Positions 62,792 through 64,000 of a stretch of 64,000 bases of DNA are shown here, piece by piece. The notes under the pieces are model-generated. The model was not told the origin of the DNA, searched no databases, and saw only the letters and a list, made by a program, of their open reading frames with translations. The stretch covers positions 416,001 through 480,000 of the forward strand of contig CAVVOP010000005.1 in the NCBI GenBank assembly GCA_963749915.1, read 5' to 3'. The stretch is from an uncultured cyanobacterium (lineage in GTDB: Bacteria; Cyanobacteriota; Cyanobacteriia; Cyanobacteriales; Cyanobacteriaceae). Within the stretch, counting starts at the first letter, position 1. Each line of letters starts with the position of its first letter. Made by a program: the position numbers and the translations under genes.

Positions 62792-64000
62792 TTACATTTC
62801 TGTGCTTCGCCAACTCAGTTTTAAGTTTAACCAGAAATTCCACACAGTCACAAAAGCGATCGCAATAAAGTTAGCAAGATAACGATTTAAACCAAAAACA
62901 TTAAAGAAGAAATTTAATAATAAAACGTTAAGAATTAATCCAGCAAGACAAATAATATTAAACTTAATTAATCTTTTAATTTTTTGTTTTTTCCCTGGCT
63001 GTTTTTGGGAAATGTCTCTAAAAGTCCAGGCGTCATTCCATAAAAAATTATTAATAATGGCTAATTCTGCCGCCACAATTTTACTGCGAGTTAGAGGCAA
63101 AGCTAAAGTAGTGGGATCACTTAAAAGATATAACATTCCCATATCTACAAAGACCCCACTGAAGCCAACTAATCCGAAACGAATAAAACGCTCAATTTGC
63201 CATAGAGAAAGCCTTAAGCGAATTAAATGGCGGATATAGTCAATATATTGTTTTTTTGTTACCTTACTTTCTCCCTCCTGGCGCTCTTGAAATACATAGC
63301 CAACTTCCCCAATCCAACCGATTTTTCCCCTACCTATGACCTCAATTAGGATTTTGTATCCTAAAGGACTGAGAGTACAACCTGATAAACATCGACGACG
63401 TACCAAAAAATAACCACTCATGGGATCTGAAACTTTTCCAATTACGCTTGGTAATACAATTAATCCTAAAGTTTGTGCTCCACGAGATAAAAAACGACGA
63501 ATACCACTCCAATCACTAACTCCTCCCCCTTCAACATGACGACTAGCCACTGCTAAATCTGCACCTTTTTCAATCTCTGCCCATAAATTTAGTAAAGTTT
63601 CCGGCGGATGTTGCAAATCAGCATCAATGACTCCGATTATTTGGCCTTTTGCCACTTGCCAACCTCTAATCACAGCTGTAGATAATCCTTTTTCTTCTGT
63701 GCGTCGCATTACTCTTAATTGAGGATAATTAGGCATTAAATCCAAAGCAATTTCCCAAGTTTTATCGGGACTATTATCATCAACAATTATTAGTTCATAT
63801 TGTTGGGGAATTTCCTTATCTAATAGTTGGCTTAATAGTTGAATTAAATAAGGAATATTTTCGCCTTCATTATAAGTAGGAATTATTAATGATAACTTAA
63901 TAGATTGCTCTTGACTATTGATAGAAGTATCTTCAACAGATGAAATTTTCAAACTTCCCGAGGGTACAGATATCAAATTATTATAGTTATTGGAATTCAT
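62792..64000 (-). CDS. GT2 polyprenol-phosphate mannosyltransferase-like protein with GtrA domain
   Basis: IIPTYNE, VDDNSPD, DADLQHPP and DPMSG motifs; C-terminal RFGLVG...NNFLWND GtrA helices. The start lies at the window edge. Confidence 0.92.
   Translation of the reverse strand: MNSNNYNNLISVPSGSLKISSVEDTSINSQEQSIKLSLIIPTYNEGENIPYLIQLLSQLLDKEIPQQYELIIVDDNSPDKTWEIALDLMPNYPQLRVMRRTEEKGLSTAVIRGWQVAKGQIIGVIDADLQHPPETLLNLWAEIEKGADLAVASRHVEGGGVSDWSGIRRFLSRGAQTLGLIVLPSVIGKVSDPMSGYFLVRRRCLSGCTLSPLGYKILIEVIGRGKIGWIGEVGYVFQERQEGESKVTKKQYIDYIRHLIRLRLSLWQIERFIRFGLVGFSGVFVDMGMLYLLSDPTTLALPLTRSKIVAAELAIINNFLWNDAWTFRDISQKQPGKKQKIKRLIKFNIICLAGLILNVLLLNFFFNVFGLNRYLANFIAIAFVTVWNFWLNLKLSWRSTEM

Overview
AT-rich cyanobacterial chromosomal window. 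At least 20 HIP1 octamers (GCGATCGC) and the gene set point to a unicellular Geminocystis/Cyanobacterium-like organism, which is an inference. Most of it is housekeeping and photosynthesis: murF, a Hik34-like kinase, aroE, thiC with a TPP riboswitch, petB-petD, pxcA, tmk, cbiET, psb28, por, glnN, truB, chlI, sufB, intein-containing dnaB, hypD/E/F, kaiABC and an unannotated psb34. No rRNA, tRNA or CRISPR array was seen. Points of interest: (1) a tnpB 3' remnant between petB and petD that lost the nuclease but keeps a foldable right-end omega/reRNA; (2) a PIN-PhoH plus LOG operon downstream of kaiC with a CRP-like box; (3) a DnaB intein with a decaying homing endonuclease and an apparently compensated frameshift near the splice site; (4) a low-GC Dam-like methyltransferase with a PD-(D/E)xK nuclease; (5) a lone sufB that retains paired SufR operators; (6) a small TATAGCAAT-ended MITE family, a GTAG REP and an IS1 relic; (7) a structured petB leader. 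All family calls come from motif recognition by eye, with no database search.
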